Shown here in pieces: positions 37,970 through 51,400 of a DNA stretch of 64,000 nt. Each line of letters opens with the position of its first letter. The first letter of the stretch is position 1. A model generated the notes under the pieces. The model saw only the letters and a program-made list of their open reading frames with translations. It ran no database searches and was not told where the DNA came from. Origin of the DNA: Tubulanus polymorphus (Eukaryota; Animalia; Nemertea); NCBI RefSeq assembly GCF_964204645.1, contig NC_134028.1, positions 10,896,213 to 10,960,212 on the forward strand, given 5' to 3'. Both the position numbers and the translations under genes were made by a program.

Positions 37970-38096
37970 GGGCCGGTTGCTCAAAAATTGGTAAGAGTTG
38001 ACCAGTGGATAGTTGATATGTTGACAATTGAAATTTCATTGTTACTATGGTATTTAATGGCCGGTTATCTTTAACCAACTTTTGAGCAACTGGCCC
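37970..38096. mobile_element. PIF/Harbinger-like MITE (127 bp)
   Basis: CTG TSD both sides; TIR GGGCCGGTTGCTCAAAA / TTTTGAGCAACTGGCCC. Confidence 0.75.
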
Positions 38097-38656
38097 CTGA
38101 ATTTTTTAATTTTTCCTATTTTATAGAAACGTAAAATTGTGTTAAAAGTAAAATATTGAACGGGATGGGTAGCCTACTGTTTGTTTATTTAAAAATGCCC
38201 AACAGATCTATCAATGTATGTTTCTCCCATTTATCTTTCGAACACATGTAAAACAACACTGGCTAGTGGTGGCACCACATATGTTAAAGTGTTGTCAGAA
38301 CTAGCAGTCAGACAAGGTTAAGCGAATCATACAGCTCAGACATCATATAAATATTCGATGTAAAAAAGAAACAACATTAATGAATAAATTTTATGGACCC
38401 TGCTGGTCAGATTTTATTTTGGCTGGCCATGAGAGACGGGGTATCTTTTTTAGCCTGATTGGAAAAAGTCAGGCACTTGATATCACTGCATGTCATATTG
38501 TCCATCAAACACAAGTGGTTAACTGTGGTTATTGTTAAAAGGTCTAAACGGACATTTGACACATGCTAACAATATAATATGTGTTGACACATGCTAACAA
38601 TACATGTGATGTCTGTTCCATAACCTCTAATGCAGGGTCTGTCTCAAATTCAATAT

Positions 38657-38910
38657 AGCCGCGATCACATATGCATTTTTGGCCCGGAACAACTATTCAC
38701 ACTGGTGCCCAATGGGCCCGACCAAAAACGTCGGAGCCAAATTTTAGCACCATACAAATGATTGCGTTTGAATTACAACTCGCATTGTTTAGTATCGAGT
38801 TGGTGGTTTGCTTGTGAAAGCGCTCTCCAATTAGGCTCGGGCCAAATTTGGTTCCAGTCTGATCGTGCCAATTTGGTCCGGGCCAAATTGTCTCCATGTG
38901 ATCGCAGCCT
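38657..38910. mobile_element. MITE (Harbinger-like)
   Basis: AGCCGCGATCACAT..TTTGGCCCGG inverted to CCGGGCCAAA..ATGTGATCGCAGCCT. Confidence 0.6.
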
Positions 38911-39388
38911 TTGTTTCCTTGTCTGTGATATTATTGAGAATTTCATGCCTGAATAAATTAAGAGTTGGAAATTTATGAAACCTAGTTGACAGCAAGTTGA
39001 ATATAGGCGTGGCACTTATTGGATTTGAGACAATTTGTTTCAAATAATAAAAATGAACTGGGATTGGCTAATCGTTGGTGTAGTTCAATTTCTAAATGTG
39101 AAATGTAGATGGGTTACATGTCTAAGGCGCTTTATTGAGGTGAACCTGGATTTTGATCTAATCCCAATCTTATTTATGGTTACATACAGAAATGTATGTA
39201 AAATATATGATCATAAACCAGATTGGTTTATCTGAATTAAGCGGGTTCTACTGTTGTCGTAGTCAATTCTTGGTTTGAACAATCCAAATTCTTGGAGTTC
39301 GTTGGACAAGATTCCCGTGCATACTTACCCCAATGACTTACTGGTAATGAGGTTCGGCCTCCCATTACTCCATTAACTCCCAATATTA

Positions 39389-39919
39389 TGGAATGCGATA
39401 AATGAAAAAATGATGCACCGATGTATGTTTTTTGCAACATTTATCGCGTCTTTACGTATAGATTTACCACGGCATATATTTTTACAGCAACATATCTTAA
39501 TATAACGATGTAATAATGATGTATTTACAACGATATCTATTTGTGACGACGTACTCTCACATCCTGATTTAATGATGAATTCCGCGACAACATGAGTTAT
39601 TTCCAATAAATCAACAGCCCGCAGTGCCAGGTAGGGTATATCAATAATTCAAAGATGAGTTTGTCTGACAACATGACCACTGCGTTTCAAAACAAATACT
39701 CAAAAATCCTACAAAATATCTGCAGGGCCACCTGGTGGTGATTTTGAGAAATAACTTACGTCGCAAAATTTATCATTATGCCAGGATGTGTATGTATGCG
39801 TGTATGTTGTCACGAGATATTGTTGTAAAAATATGTCATCAAAATGTCGGTATATGAATACGTTGCATAAAACATACATCGGTGGAGCCGCATCTATTTT
39901 TTTAATTTATCACTTTCCA
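39389..39919. mobile_element. MITE with TA flanks and long imperfect TIRs
   Basis: TGGAATGCGATAAA..CACCGATGTATGTTTT inverted to AAAACATACATCGGTG..TTTATCACTTTCCA. Confidence 0.65.
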
Positions 39920-40454
39920 TACGTATCTATAAAGTGACAAGGATTGTTTATATAAAGTGTATCTTGCTATATATGTATCAATTATTATGTGCTTGGGTTA
40001 TTATCTTTCCTTGTGGAATCTGTAAAAATTTGTAAAAAATAAAATGTAATTGAAATAATGGCATCGAGTGTTAATAGTAATCTGGGATTAATTTTACTAT
40101 CAAAAATGTCATCGTATAGTTGTTTCTACGTACGTGTATATGGTTGCTAGCTACGGGATGTAAATGGTTGCAATTGTTGGTTCTTTATGCTTTAGCTCTT
40201 GGTTAGTGATCTGAATGATTATATTACATATTACCTATTTTGAAGAGAATTTGCTTCATAGTTTCATTTCATGTTTTATGCCTTGCAATGCAGCATCAAC
40301 CAGAGTGACCATATGAGTTCATTTATTCTGTGGAGACTTCAAGGATGGATTTCACACAGTTTCTTGCACTGTTCATGTGTGTATCTTCACTTGGCAAGGT
40401 CCACATTTTATGGATATGTAATTTATTATGATTTCCTTTTTATTTTTGGTCATA

Positions 40455-41203
40455 CAGTCAACCTCGGTTAATCCGTATCTCAAGGAACTGAGCTTTTTAG
40501 TATGGATTAAGTGATATACGGATAACAGATACTTCGTAATTGATATGAATTAACTATTACCCGAATAAACTATGATTTAAGAGCACAATCCGTATAATAG
40601 CTGGTTTAGTTATCTCTCAAACCGTGGACGACTACACTAGAACCGCGTTTTAACGATCCATTGGGGGGAGGTAAGAGGATAAAAAGTTCATAGCATCCAT
40701 TTGATATCATTTATACATGAAAAGAAAACACCCCCTGGTATGATACAACACAAACCAACTGGTTTGTGTTGTATCACACCAGGTACAAGTACAGATAACC
40801 CACAGGTCATGTACTTCAGGGCGATTCATCGAAGGACTTTTACCGATTGACGGATAATATACTGAATATTTAGTGAAGCTTGAGACTATGACATTGATGG
40901 ATAAACTTCATTGTTTTCTGGAGTTTCTCATATTATATGGCCACATTAACCTCATTAGATTGTTTATACTTTTTTCACTTCAAGTGTATGTTCCCAACAG
41001 TTGATACGGATTACACATAAGGATTTACATATAAATTGGACAACGGGACCATGCATTTGTCTACGGAATAAGTGAAAATACGGATTATGGAGTACGAATT
41101 AGACACAGAACTTTAAAGGGAATAACCAAAAACCGGGACCAATCTATTTGTACGGAATAAACACATACGGTTGAACCAGAGACTGATTAACCGTGGTTGA
41201 CTG
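40455..41203. mobile_element. Tc1/mariner-pogo-type MITE
   Basis: TA TSD; TIR CAGTCAACCTCGGTTAATC / GATTAACCGTGGTTGACTG; internal 24-bp-arm palindrome at 40734-40783. Confidence 0.8.
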
Positions 41204-41506
41204 TAATATGAATCCTAGAAATGTATTTTGGGCATTGCTCATGAGACCAGCACTCATTCATGTGCGTAGGCTGCCAGCGTCTTTCAGTTCAGAAAAAATC
41301 AGCTTTTTCTCTGGTCAGCTGTCCTACCATTGATGTAGGGTCCAAATTTCATCGAAATCGGCAGAAAGTAATTGATTTGCAAAAAAATTGGAGTTTCTCA
41401 TTTAATCTGGTCCAATTTCTACCAAAAATTATCTCTATCGTCAAATTTTATTTCCAAGACTAGACCATTTAAAATAACTTAAGAACTTGATATAAAATTC
41501 CCATCG

Positions 41507-41851
41507 GACTATTGCGTTCCATTTTCGCCATCGTTGATGGAATCGAGTTATTGTGGGTAGTTTTGAAGACGCTTCAAGGTAATTTCCTGATATTTGGGTT
41601 ACACATGTATCTACCCTAGACACATCTTCAGCCAAAAAACTGGCCCTGTCAAAATCAAGAGGCCGACTGGCAGCCATTGTTGTTCGCCAATTTCGGCACT
41701 TGTTACACATTTTTGCTTTGAAGAGGCTTCGATCAATTACCTTGATATATACCTTGTATTTTAAACCCCCAAGGGCCCATCAACATAAGAAGAATTATAG
41801 AGCATTGGTAACCACTTCCCAAGTGGGCATGGTGTCCCTGGACCCCTAGTT
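41507..41851 (+). mobile_element. HINE family 1, short deletion derivative
   Basis: Family-1 5' body joined directly to the 3' ACCACTTCCCAAGTGGGCATGGTGTCCCTGGACCCCTAGTT. Confidence 0.8.
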
Positions 41852-42400
41852 AGCAAATTTCCCTGTTGTGCAGAGTTCTGTAAGAACCATGACCTGAGAC
41901 ATCAACATTCAGACTGAAGTTTGAAACGGGACTAAGTCAGTTGAAGGACACTCCAATTGTCCAACACGTAGTTTCCTGTGAATTTTAAAGCTTTCCATGC
42001 TCGTTTGTTCGTCATAACAAAACTACATGACCATGTGCATTGAAGGAGACAAGGATAGATGATTTTAATCTACTAAAAAAGGAAGAACGCTGATTTAAAT
42101 AACTGCAAAACCAGCCATCATCCATACTTTCAATTCCTGATGGGAGCGAATCCAGAACTTAGATGCATCGCACATCGCCGGATATGAAGCATTGTTGCCC
42201 TTTTCCTGCAACCCCCTTAGAAGAAATTCTAGATCCGCCGCCCCTGTTAGTCAAAAAGTCCAACAATATTAATCAATAATTCGTTTGATATTTTGTTTAT
42301 TACATAAATAAATTGGCACAAAGCCACAAGAATGTTACAGAAGATACCTATTTATCCTTACAATAATCAAAATATTAAAACATTAACATATTTTTATGTT

Positions 42401-45400
42401 CTAATCGCTGTCTTCAAATGTCGTTTTCTTTCCTTGAAAATCGCTGATAACTGAAATATCAAAATATATCACAACATTCCCTGATTGTTTCAAACTTCTG
42501 ATCAGTTCATTTAAAATCGATTTAATAGATGTAGTTACCTCCTTTGTGAGCTGCTGAACCTCCACGACCCCCTCGACTGCCTCCCCGACCTCCTGTAAAA
42601 TCAACACAACATTCTTAATAACAGTTTGGTCAAACGAAATGGTTACCGTAGAGTACACATCAGCCGGATCTGTCATTTTTGGTCCGACATGCACAAATTC
42701 TGTGTTGCAGGAATTCCAAATTTGGTTATTTTCATTTGGGAAGGTACGCGTATGTACAGGAATACATACATGTGATAAATATCATATACCGGTACTTTCA
42801 TTTTCTTTAAGGGATTAATAGAACAATTGCTCTTAGAATTATTATTTCACATACAGTCTATCTTGGATGTAACGTCGTTGGATATACCGTAGATTCACTT
42901 ATATCATATTATTTCCCTGGTCTCAATTTTTAGCCCACTTGGGACTAAAGTCCCAGTGGGCTATTGCATTCACTTTTTGTCCATCCATCCGTCCGCAGAC
43001 AAAATCCAGTTATTTTGGGAAGTTTTGAAGATGCTTCAAGGTAATGTCTTGATATTTGGTTTATACGTGTATCTACCCTAGACACATCTTCAGCCCAAAA
43101 ACTGGCCCTGTCAGATTCAAGATGGCCATGGCAGCCATTGTTGTTCGCCAAAATGGGCACTTTTTACATATTTAAGACTCTTTTATCAGTTACCTTGATC
43201 GTTCGTATACATTTGAATCAGAGGCCCATCAGCATGAGAAAAATTGGCTTGATTGGACACAAGATGGCAGTCCTGTGACCTTTTTTGTACCCAAAAATGT
43301 CAATTTTTGCCTGAATTCGGAGTCCTGTAGCTTCCTAATGCTTTGCAATTTTTCATTTCAATTTGTGATGGGTATTCTTTGGAAAGGGATCTCTTATACC
43401 CTAGACAGGTAGGCTATATTTGATCAGGCAATTATGACGCAATTGGCGGCCATCTTTGTGTCATCAGTACTCATTCGTAGGTGGAAAAAAGTTTTTCCAC
43501 ATTATATTGATACTTAAGCATATTTTGTTACCACAATCAATTGGAAAGTTGTAGCTCATGACATGGTCTATGATCGTGGTGAGTTTCAAGGTCATTGGTT
43601 TTTGTTTATGGCCACCAGGGGGTGTTGAACAATGCAATAACTTAGTATTTCGATATTATATTCGCACCCATGTATATTTTGTTACAACAATCAATTGGAA
43701 AGTTGAAGCTCATGACATGGTCTATGATTGTGGTGAGTTTCAAGGCCATTAGTTATTCTATTATTAGTTTTAGGGTATTTTGTTACCACGATCAACTGTG
43801 CATATGGTCACCAGGGGGCATTGAACAATAGAATAACTTAGTATTTCCATATCATATTGGTAACTAGGCGTATTTTGTTACCACAATTAACTAGGCATAT
43901 TTTGTTACCACAATCAATAACAAAATTGAAACTGCTGACATGTTCTATGATTGTGGTGAGTTTCAAGGTCATTGGATGGGGCGTTGAATATTGAAATTGT
44001 TAGATTGTTGAGCATCTGAAACCACCGCCCAAGTGGGCATGGTGTCCCTGGACCCCTAGTTTTTCTTCTATTTGGTCTTAAAAAAACCTTGAATATGCCG
44101 TATGTTTTATGTTGTAGATCGCTCATATAGTATAAATTATTTGGTCCCAATTCGTAAAATCAATGTAATCATTATCCTCAGATATAACGTATCGCCAAAA
44201 TTAAATAAAGGTCCAATGGCCCTGTGGCTCACCATTAAATCATTGAGTGCATATATTGTCAAAAATATTATACTAAATATGAATTAATTTGGATTAGAGA
44301 TGTATGAGGCTGACAATATAGGCCTATGCGCCTGCGGATGTGTGAGAGTGCTGTGTATACTATAGTAGCATATATTTAGACTCGCTCAGGTGATTCACAC
44401 ACAGCCATACTGTAACCTATATTCGCACACACGCGGCTGACTGCTGACGCACGTATATACAAATGTACTAGCGAGGCAGTACGGTAAAGCAGTATTAGAT
44501 TGACCGCAATTTCACAAGTCAGAATCCATCCATCGACAAAATGTCAAAAATACAAACATATACAGACTTTTTTTCTACTAAACAAATACCGGCTATGATT
44601 TTTTTCTTAAATATACAAATAAATACCGACTTGGAAGACCCCTGCCATTGATCGTCGTACTTGCTAGTTCAGATACTGAATTAAATAGCCTACTCGCTTA
44701 TGTTCGTGACAATGAACAAATTATAAGCATAAGTACGATACCTAGTCGAACCAGAAAGAAACTTTCCATGATGGGTTTCTGTGTAATTGTTTCTGTTTCA
44801 TTCACCGAACTCGCTGTCAAAAAGGCGATTCTCGATATAAATAGTAATGGGTTTTCCCCGCGGGATACCCGCTTTGGGAAAGGCACCTGAATCGATGCTA
44901 CGAGTTCGAATCCCAATATTTAGACGTAATTTATTATTCTTTGAAATAAATTCTTAGAATTTCTATTTATGATAGGATGTGCAGGTTTTGATTTGGTAAT
45001 GATGTTAATAAAAGTTAACCTCTTAAGGTATTGTTTTCTATCTATTATTTGTGACGGATTAGTTTCGATGCTCCTCACAACCCGCCCCACCACGTGTCAC
45101 TTATTCACGGACACGCGGATTGTATCATTTGTAATAGGCCTACCACATGAAAGAGTCCATGGCCTACCGTAGAATAGTAGGGCCTACCGATCACGCTATG
45201 TGCGATGAAAGTAGTGTTTGAATAAAACAAATTTTTAATGAAATAACCATTATTTATCATAATTAATCAATAGATCAGGTGCCGCCTAAATAATTGTTTG
45301 TTTCGTGAAATTTGTACAAAACTTTGCGACTTTGTCATGTCTTGTGATCCTGAAAATACTAGAAGAATCATCGGTATATGCTTATCAAACGGCGAGGTCA

Positions 45401-48400
45401 ACATAGTAACAACAACTTCGGGGATTGAAAAAAAAAACTCGAAAGAATTATTTCTTATACTGATGAGTTATACTGATGGGGAGTAGCGACCGTCATTGAC
45501 ACCGGTTATTTATCCATTCACTATCAAATGTGACGAGCCCAATAAATGATTGCGCATAGATTCGGCCTCTCAGCATTTAGCACAGCAGTTCCGAGAAGTG
45601 TTAAGACCGCGCTATCTAAAACCACTGCTAGTACGATCAATATCTACAGGTATATACGTGTTCAGTATTACACAGCGAGTACCAGTATGTTGATCGAGCG
45701 TCGTCGTAGCAACGCGCTATACAGCGGCTTGAACTAGCGAGTAACGTTAATTATCTTTTAACCAAATTAGAGCACTTATAACCATCGGAATCAAATATAA
45801 AACAAGCTGCACCATCTACATCAAGTAGAGAATACCTGTGTGAAATTACAGAATTGTCGGTCCACACAAACAGCTTAAATCGTGTCATAAAGAAACATCC
45901 ACAGACGGACAGACGGACAGACAGACAGACAGACATGACGACGATGCCATAGATGGGTTCGTCTGACGAAGAAACCCATCAATAAAAAGCTCGCCATTTT
46001 GTTTTGGGCTTCACATTAGGCTTTCCCAATGGGCTTTCCCAATTACATCAGAAACGCCGAAATTCCCGGAATTTCCCGTATATCCCACAAACAGCCAATC
46101 ACATTCATTGTAGCTCAGGTTACAAGGTCAACTCAAATAAATAGAAGCGAGGAAATTTAGGGGGTTTATAAAGTGAGGGCCTGTAGGTCGAAAAGTACAT
46201 TGAAATCAGTCGAACTAAAAACGGCGACACTTCCAGGAAGGATTGAACTTTTATATATTTCAATTCCAAGCATGCAAATTGTTATGTGTAAAAACGTGCC
46301 ATTACTTAGTGCTAAAAAGCGGGGTTTTTGCGTGTTTTTCAAGAATAAGTCCCCTAAAAATAACCCGATCACTATGAAATTTTTGTGGGCTCGAGAACGC
46401 ATTAAGCCAAACCATGACACCAAAAATCAACACTATTGGTTCAACAGCCAATGTTTGTGCCTTGTTGACACACCGGTACTCTATTCATTTTCAATGAAAA
46501 CTGCTTCATCAGACCCTTGACATAGGCAAACCTACGGTTCGCCAAAAATTAGAAAAATATATATAACAGTTAAAAACGAAAATGTTAATACAGTGCAATA
46601 TCCTTACTACTGTACGCACTCGTGTCATGTGAAGTGGGCCCTTTTCAAAGTTGGTGCCCTTTTTTCATTGTGCTGTAGTCACCGAATGGCCCTGGAAACG
46701 CGCCTGACCACTATAGTGCGTCTACACCGCGGCACGGTATATCCTTAGTTACTAGTATTTCACTACGTTTGACAGGTGCTGCGATTTTTCAAGAGAGATA
46801 ATTACTAATTACATCAATACACCGCAGTGCGGTGTCTGCTGTGTACTAGCAAAATCTATCACTGATTTATACACCGCACTGCGGTGTAGACGCACTGAAA
46901 GGGTTAAACTACATTGGAAGTCAGATAGATGGCATATGGGGGTACTGAGGGCTCGTAGCCTCAAGACCAACCAAAATTCAAGGCCATTTGAGATGCACAT
47001 TCAAGGCTTTTTACCCCCACGAAAAACATTTTTACGGTAATATTTATTCGCTTCATCCATTCAACAACAATCAAAACAGCTTTAACAGGGTTCATTGTGC
47101 CACTGCTGACCCGAATCACTGATATTCACTGACACGGCCAACTACAGCAACTTTAGGAAATTTTCTTGGACCTATAACGGAAAAAATAAGTGTGAAAACT
47201 GTATTGGGTTGAATTCAAACGATGGGAGAAAACTTACTTTTTGCAAATAATTAAGATGGAAATATCAAGAAAAACATCTTTTATATAAATATATCTGATG
47301 TAAACACAAATAACACAAACATAAATTCAATCTGTTTTAGGCGGGATTTCAGAGGGGATCCACGTGAAAAGCGCTATACATGCAGTAATAAGAGTCAACT
47401 GAATGATGATTCATCATGAATATACATAGTAGTGGGATTCCCCAATGACTCAAATAGACACCTACTGTACAACATAGGTCTCCAAGGATAAACAAAGAAA
47501 CCAATACGATTTATATACCATGCAGTAGACATCGTCACGCTGTTATCAAAATTTCCATCATTACAAACAGTCATAAATCTACAGATTTGAAACATTTTCC
47601 GAAATTCAAGGCCCTAAAATCAATTTTCAAGACCAAAGTGCTAAATTCAAGGCTTTTCAAGGCCTTGAATTTCCTTTTGCCAATTCAAGGATTACAAGGC
47701 CCGCTACGAACCCTGACATAGGAATGCATGGATATCCCTTGGTTTTAAATGACATTCTCATATAAAGATGCTTCTACGGTATATACATATACCGTATTTC
47801 GGTTATAGCGTATAAATTATCTGGTCCCGACTGCTACGTTACATCCAAGGTAGACTGTATAGCGTGACAAAAATCCTATTCAAACAATGTGTGTGAGCGT
47901 CACATCGCATACCAATCTGCCGGCAAAAAGGTCAAACCCACTCGTACGACAGTCAACTCATCTGCATCGGAACGTCAAAGAGGATGACCAACACCTGTTA
48001 TCTTGTTCTCAGCTCTTAAGCATATTGAATTTGAATTGTATGTTCTGTCTGTGCACAGCTACGTACATAGTAGGTCACAACCACTGACTTCCGTTTTAGA
48101 GTCCGTGGTACTACCGAGCTTATCGCTTGGCAATTCCTTGAAATGAATCAAATCAGTAAAAGTAACTCGTCTGTTTCATGTTTTACTGTCACTAATGATT
48201 AACCAAGATTCGCCACCTATGCGTCAGGGACGTATTCACTTAAGATAGATCTTGAAATTTTTGATGCAGGTTAGAAAGGGTACAAAATTGCTTTGTAATA
48301 CAATTTTTCAATTGGACCGAGATATTTTATCTGAGTCCGACTTATTATATCCGACTCAATCATACAGTTTGTACTATCTTATTCCCAAATGGACCTGGAC

Positions 48401-51400
48401 TTGACTGACATATGCATACACCCGAGTTAAGCATATCCGACTTTATCGTACTCTACTCTATCACATTATAACAAATTTTTTCACTCATTTACCTCTTGCA
48501 CCTCCTCGACCTCCACGATTACCTCCTCGACCACCACCACCTCCTCGGCCTCCATTATCTATCAACAAAAACCAATTTTTGTGTGATTAGCAAATTGCTC
48601 GACAAAGCAATCTACTGATGTTAAGCAACTACTGAATGCTCATACCTGGTTTCGGTTCTGCTAATCTAATTTGTAATTCACGTCCATCTATGTTATATGT
48701 ACCGCTTAAAGCCTGTTTAGCTTCTTCTGCTGTTGAAAATTCCACAAATCCAAACCTATAAAATAGTCAAGTAATGACTCGGTTTAAATGGCAAGGGGAA
48801 GTCATGAATATTGAAGAGTGCTTCAAATTAGTTCACTAGCAAATCAATTAGTAGTGAGCATAATAGCTTTATTTTTTTCTTCCAAACAATAAGGCCCTTC
48901 AAAGTTGATACCTTGTTTCTCAACTAATCGCGAAGCCGCCTGCGCCACTCCCAAAAGCCAAAATAAAAAGAAAATAATAAAGTATGAAACTCGCATCAGA
49001 TTGCTTATGGTCAATAATTTCTCTTAAAATAAAAAACACTTGACATGCGTGTGATGTCACGTTGTACAGTAATCTTTTCCCATGCATTTCACTTTCATCG
49101 ATAATGAGTATTGTGTATAAGTAATGCACTTATTGAACGTTTTAATTTTTCTATGATGAACTTGAGCAAGTAACAAGAGGCCCATAGGCATTTTCGTTAG
49201 AGTAAATCGGATGAAAACGATTAATTCTATTGAGTTCCTAACTTTTGAAGTGAGGATCGGAAAACTGTATTGGTCACATGATGAACTGGTTTATGCGCAT
49301 GAGAAGTGCTGGATTTATATCCTTGCCCATGCCTCATACTATAACCAAATATACGTTGTTAACAACTAAAACATCGTTAAAAAACGCAACCCGACCACAA
49401 AAATAAGCAAAATGAACATTTCTTGGTTTTGTCCACATAACCTTCTATGGATTGAGTCTCTGAAAAACTCCCGCCCTCATCTCATATAAGTTATCACACA
49501 GTGAATAATCTTTGGATTTAGAATGAAAAAACCTCCCGCCCTATTCTCCTTGGAAAATACAAGTTTATGTCCACTTTTTTGTTTAAAACAATACAATAAT
49601 TAGCATTGGAGAAAATCAAATCAAATTCTTTTTTATACCTAGAAATCGGAAAAATTTGTCGGCAGATCTGCAATCCAACTTATGAGAAAAAAATGGCCTA
49701 AATGGCACAAATGACGTGTGGAAATTTTGACAGACTTAAATTTTATCTACTTAGGACCATTATACCTCTTCAAATTTGAGAGGTTCAAAAGATGTTGTAT
49801 TGGATAAACATACAAACATACAGACCTGCCAACCCTGAATTTTTTTCCAAGTAACACTTATCTAAATTCTAAGTATTTTCAGAAATTTCTAAGGATCCAA
49901 CCTTTTAACTGGTAATATTCATGAAAAATAAGTAGTTTCCTTAACTAAACACAAAAATCAAAATCAATTAAATCTTCTGTAAGTTCTGTCTCAAGTTTAG
50001 AATCGAGTGTGTCACTAGGCTCAGATTGAGATGATGGATTTGAAGAAAACTCGGCATCAGAAATGACAGAATTATCCTCACCAGACGCCATTTTTGATTC
50101 AACATAGATGGCATTAGCTGACAGAACTTCATCATAGCGGGTCACAAAGCAGTCAGTGTTCCGCCAAAGATCGTTGAAAATTTATTCTGACGTGATTTAC
50201 CGCAAAAGCAATTAAATGAACAATATGACGACTTTTATTCGTGTAATAAATGATATCTATTTAAATGTTACGAAAAAAAATATCCCAGATTTTGAATCTA
50301 TATGAAATACGTAACATTTCCGGAAACGTAACACCGTAATTTCACTTTCATTTACGTAACCATTCCGGGAAAAACGGAATGGTTGGCAGATCTGAACATA
50401 CCCTCTAGAATCACCGGTTTCTTTATCCTTAGCAATATTACTCCTAATTGCAGTTTTAAATGCAGCCTGTAAACTACTTTCTTCGGTTTCGTACGATAAA
50501 TTTCTAACAAATAATTGGGTTGCTTCACCATTTCCTACAAAATAATACAAACCAAGAGTGACATACCCTGACATACTTTTATATTACAGTTGAACACCTC
50601 AACTAATGATCTGGGCTCAAGTCCCAAGTGTGATGAAAAAAAAAACTCTTGGTTCAACGGACATACCTCCTCCCATGGATCTTCGACCACCACCACTGCC
50701 CCCTTTCGGACATTCTCGACTGATGTGACCAGATTCTCCACAGTTGTAACAGGATCTATTTCCGCCACCACTGCCCCCCGTAGGACAGTCCCGACTGATG
50801 TGACCAGATTCTCCGCAGTTGTAACAGGATCTATTACCACCACCACTGCCCCCTGTAGGACATTCTCGACTGATGTGACCCGATTCTCCGCAGTTGTAGC
50901 ATGATTTATCACCCCCGGAGTAGGATTGACGTTTCTTGGAGCACTGTTTACTAATATGACCTTCTTCGCCACAATTGAAACATTTCTGATCCGCTAAAAA
51001 AAACAGATCTCAATAAATCTGAGGCACTAGTAGATGCATAGATGGTACCGATGATGAGGTGGCAACACCGTACTTACATCCAGTAGGACAACTGAAACTC
51101 ATATGACCTTCTTCACCACATTGATAACATGCTAAAAACAATAAGAAACATCTAACGTACCTGCAAAGCAATAATGCATTTTCACACAGAGTCCTATATT
51201 GATGAATTGTTGGTATATGTTCTAAAAATTTTGTAGAGTAGACCCCATTTAATCTGGATCATTTAGAACCCATGACAAATTAGAATTATGGAAATTGAGA
51301 AAAAGCACCATATTTCATTTAGGCCAACAATTTTTTTGGAGTTGCGGGAGGAGTCTTTTTATTGTTATTATAACAATAAAAATATCCCTCTGACATCTCT

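Larger units (their letters stand above)
42854..47857. mobile_element. pogo/Tc1-type non-autonomous element with nested insertions (nucleolin-like gene intron)
   Basis: TA TSD; 22-bp TIR CAGTCTATCTTGGATGTAACGT / ACGTTACATCCAAGGTAGACTG. Confidence 0.75.

Noticed and set aside
50535-50972. ORF-track 145-aa Val/Thr-rich protein, or a CNBP/vasa gene
   Set aside because: Wrong frame of the knuckle exon; the correct frame splices to an RRM-RGG nucleolin-type tail with no DEAD-box helicase.
42600-51070. Intronic snoRNAs, as hosted by vertebrate nucleolin
   Set aside because: No convincing C/D pair or H/ACA fold seen by eye on the minus strand; an Infernal/Rfam scan is needed.
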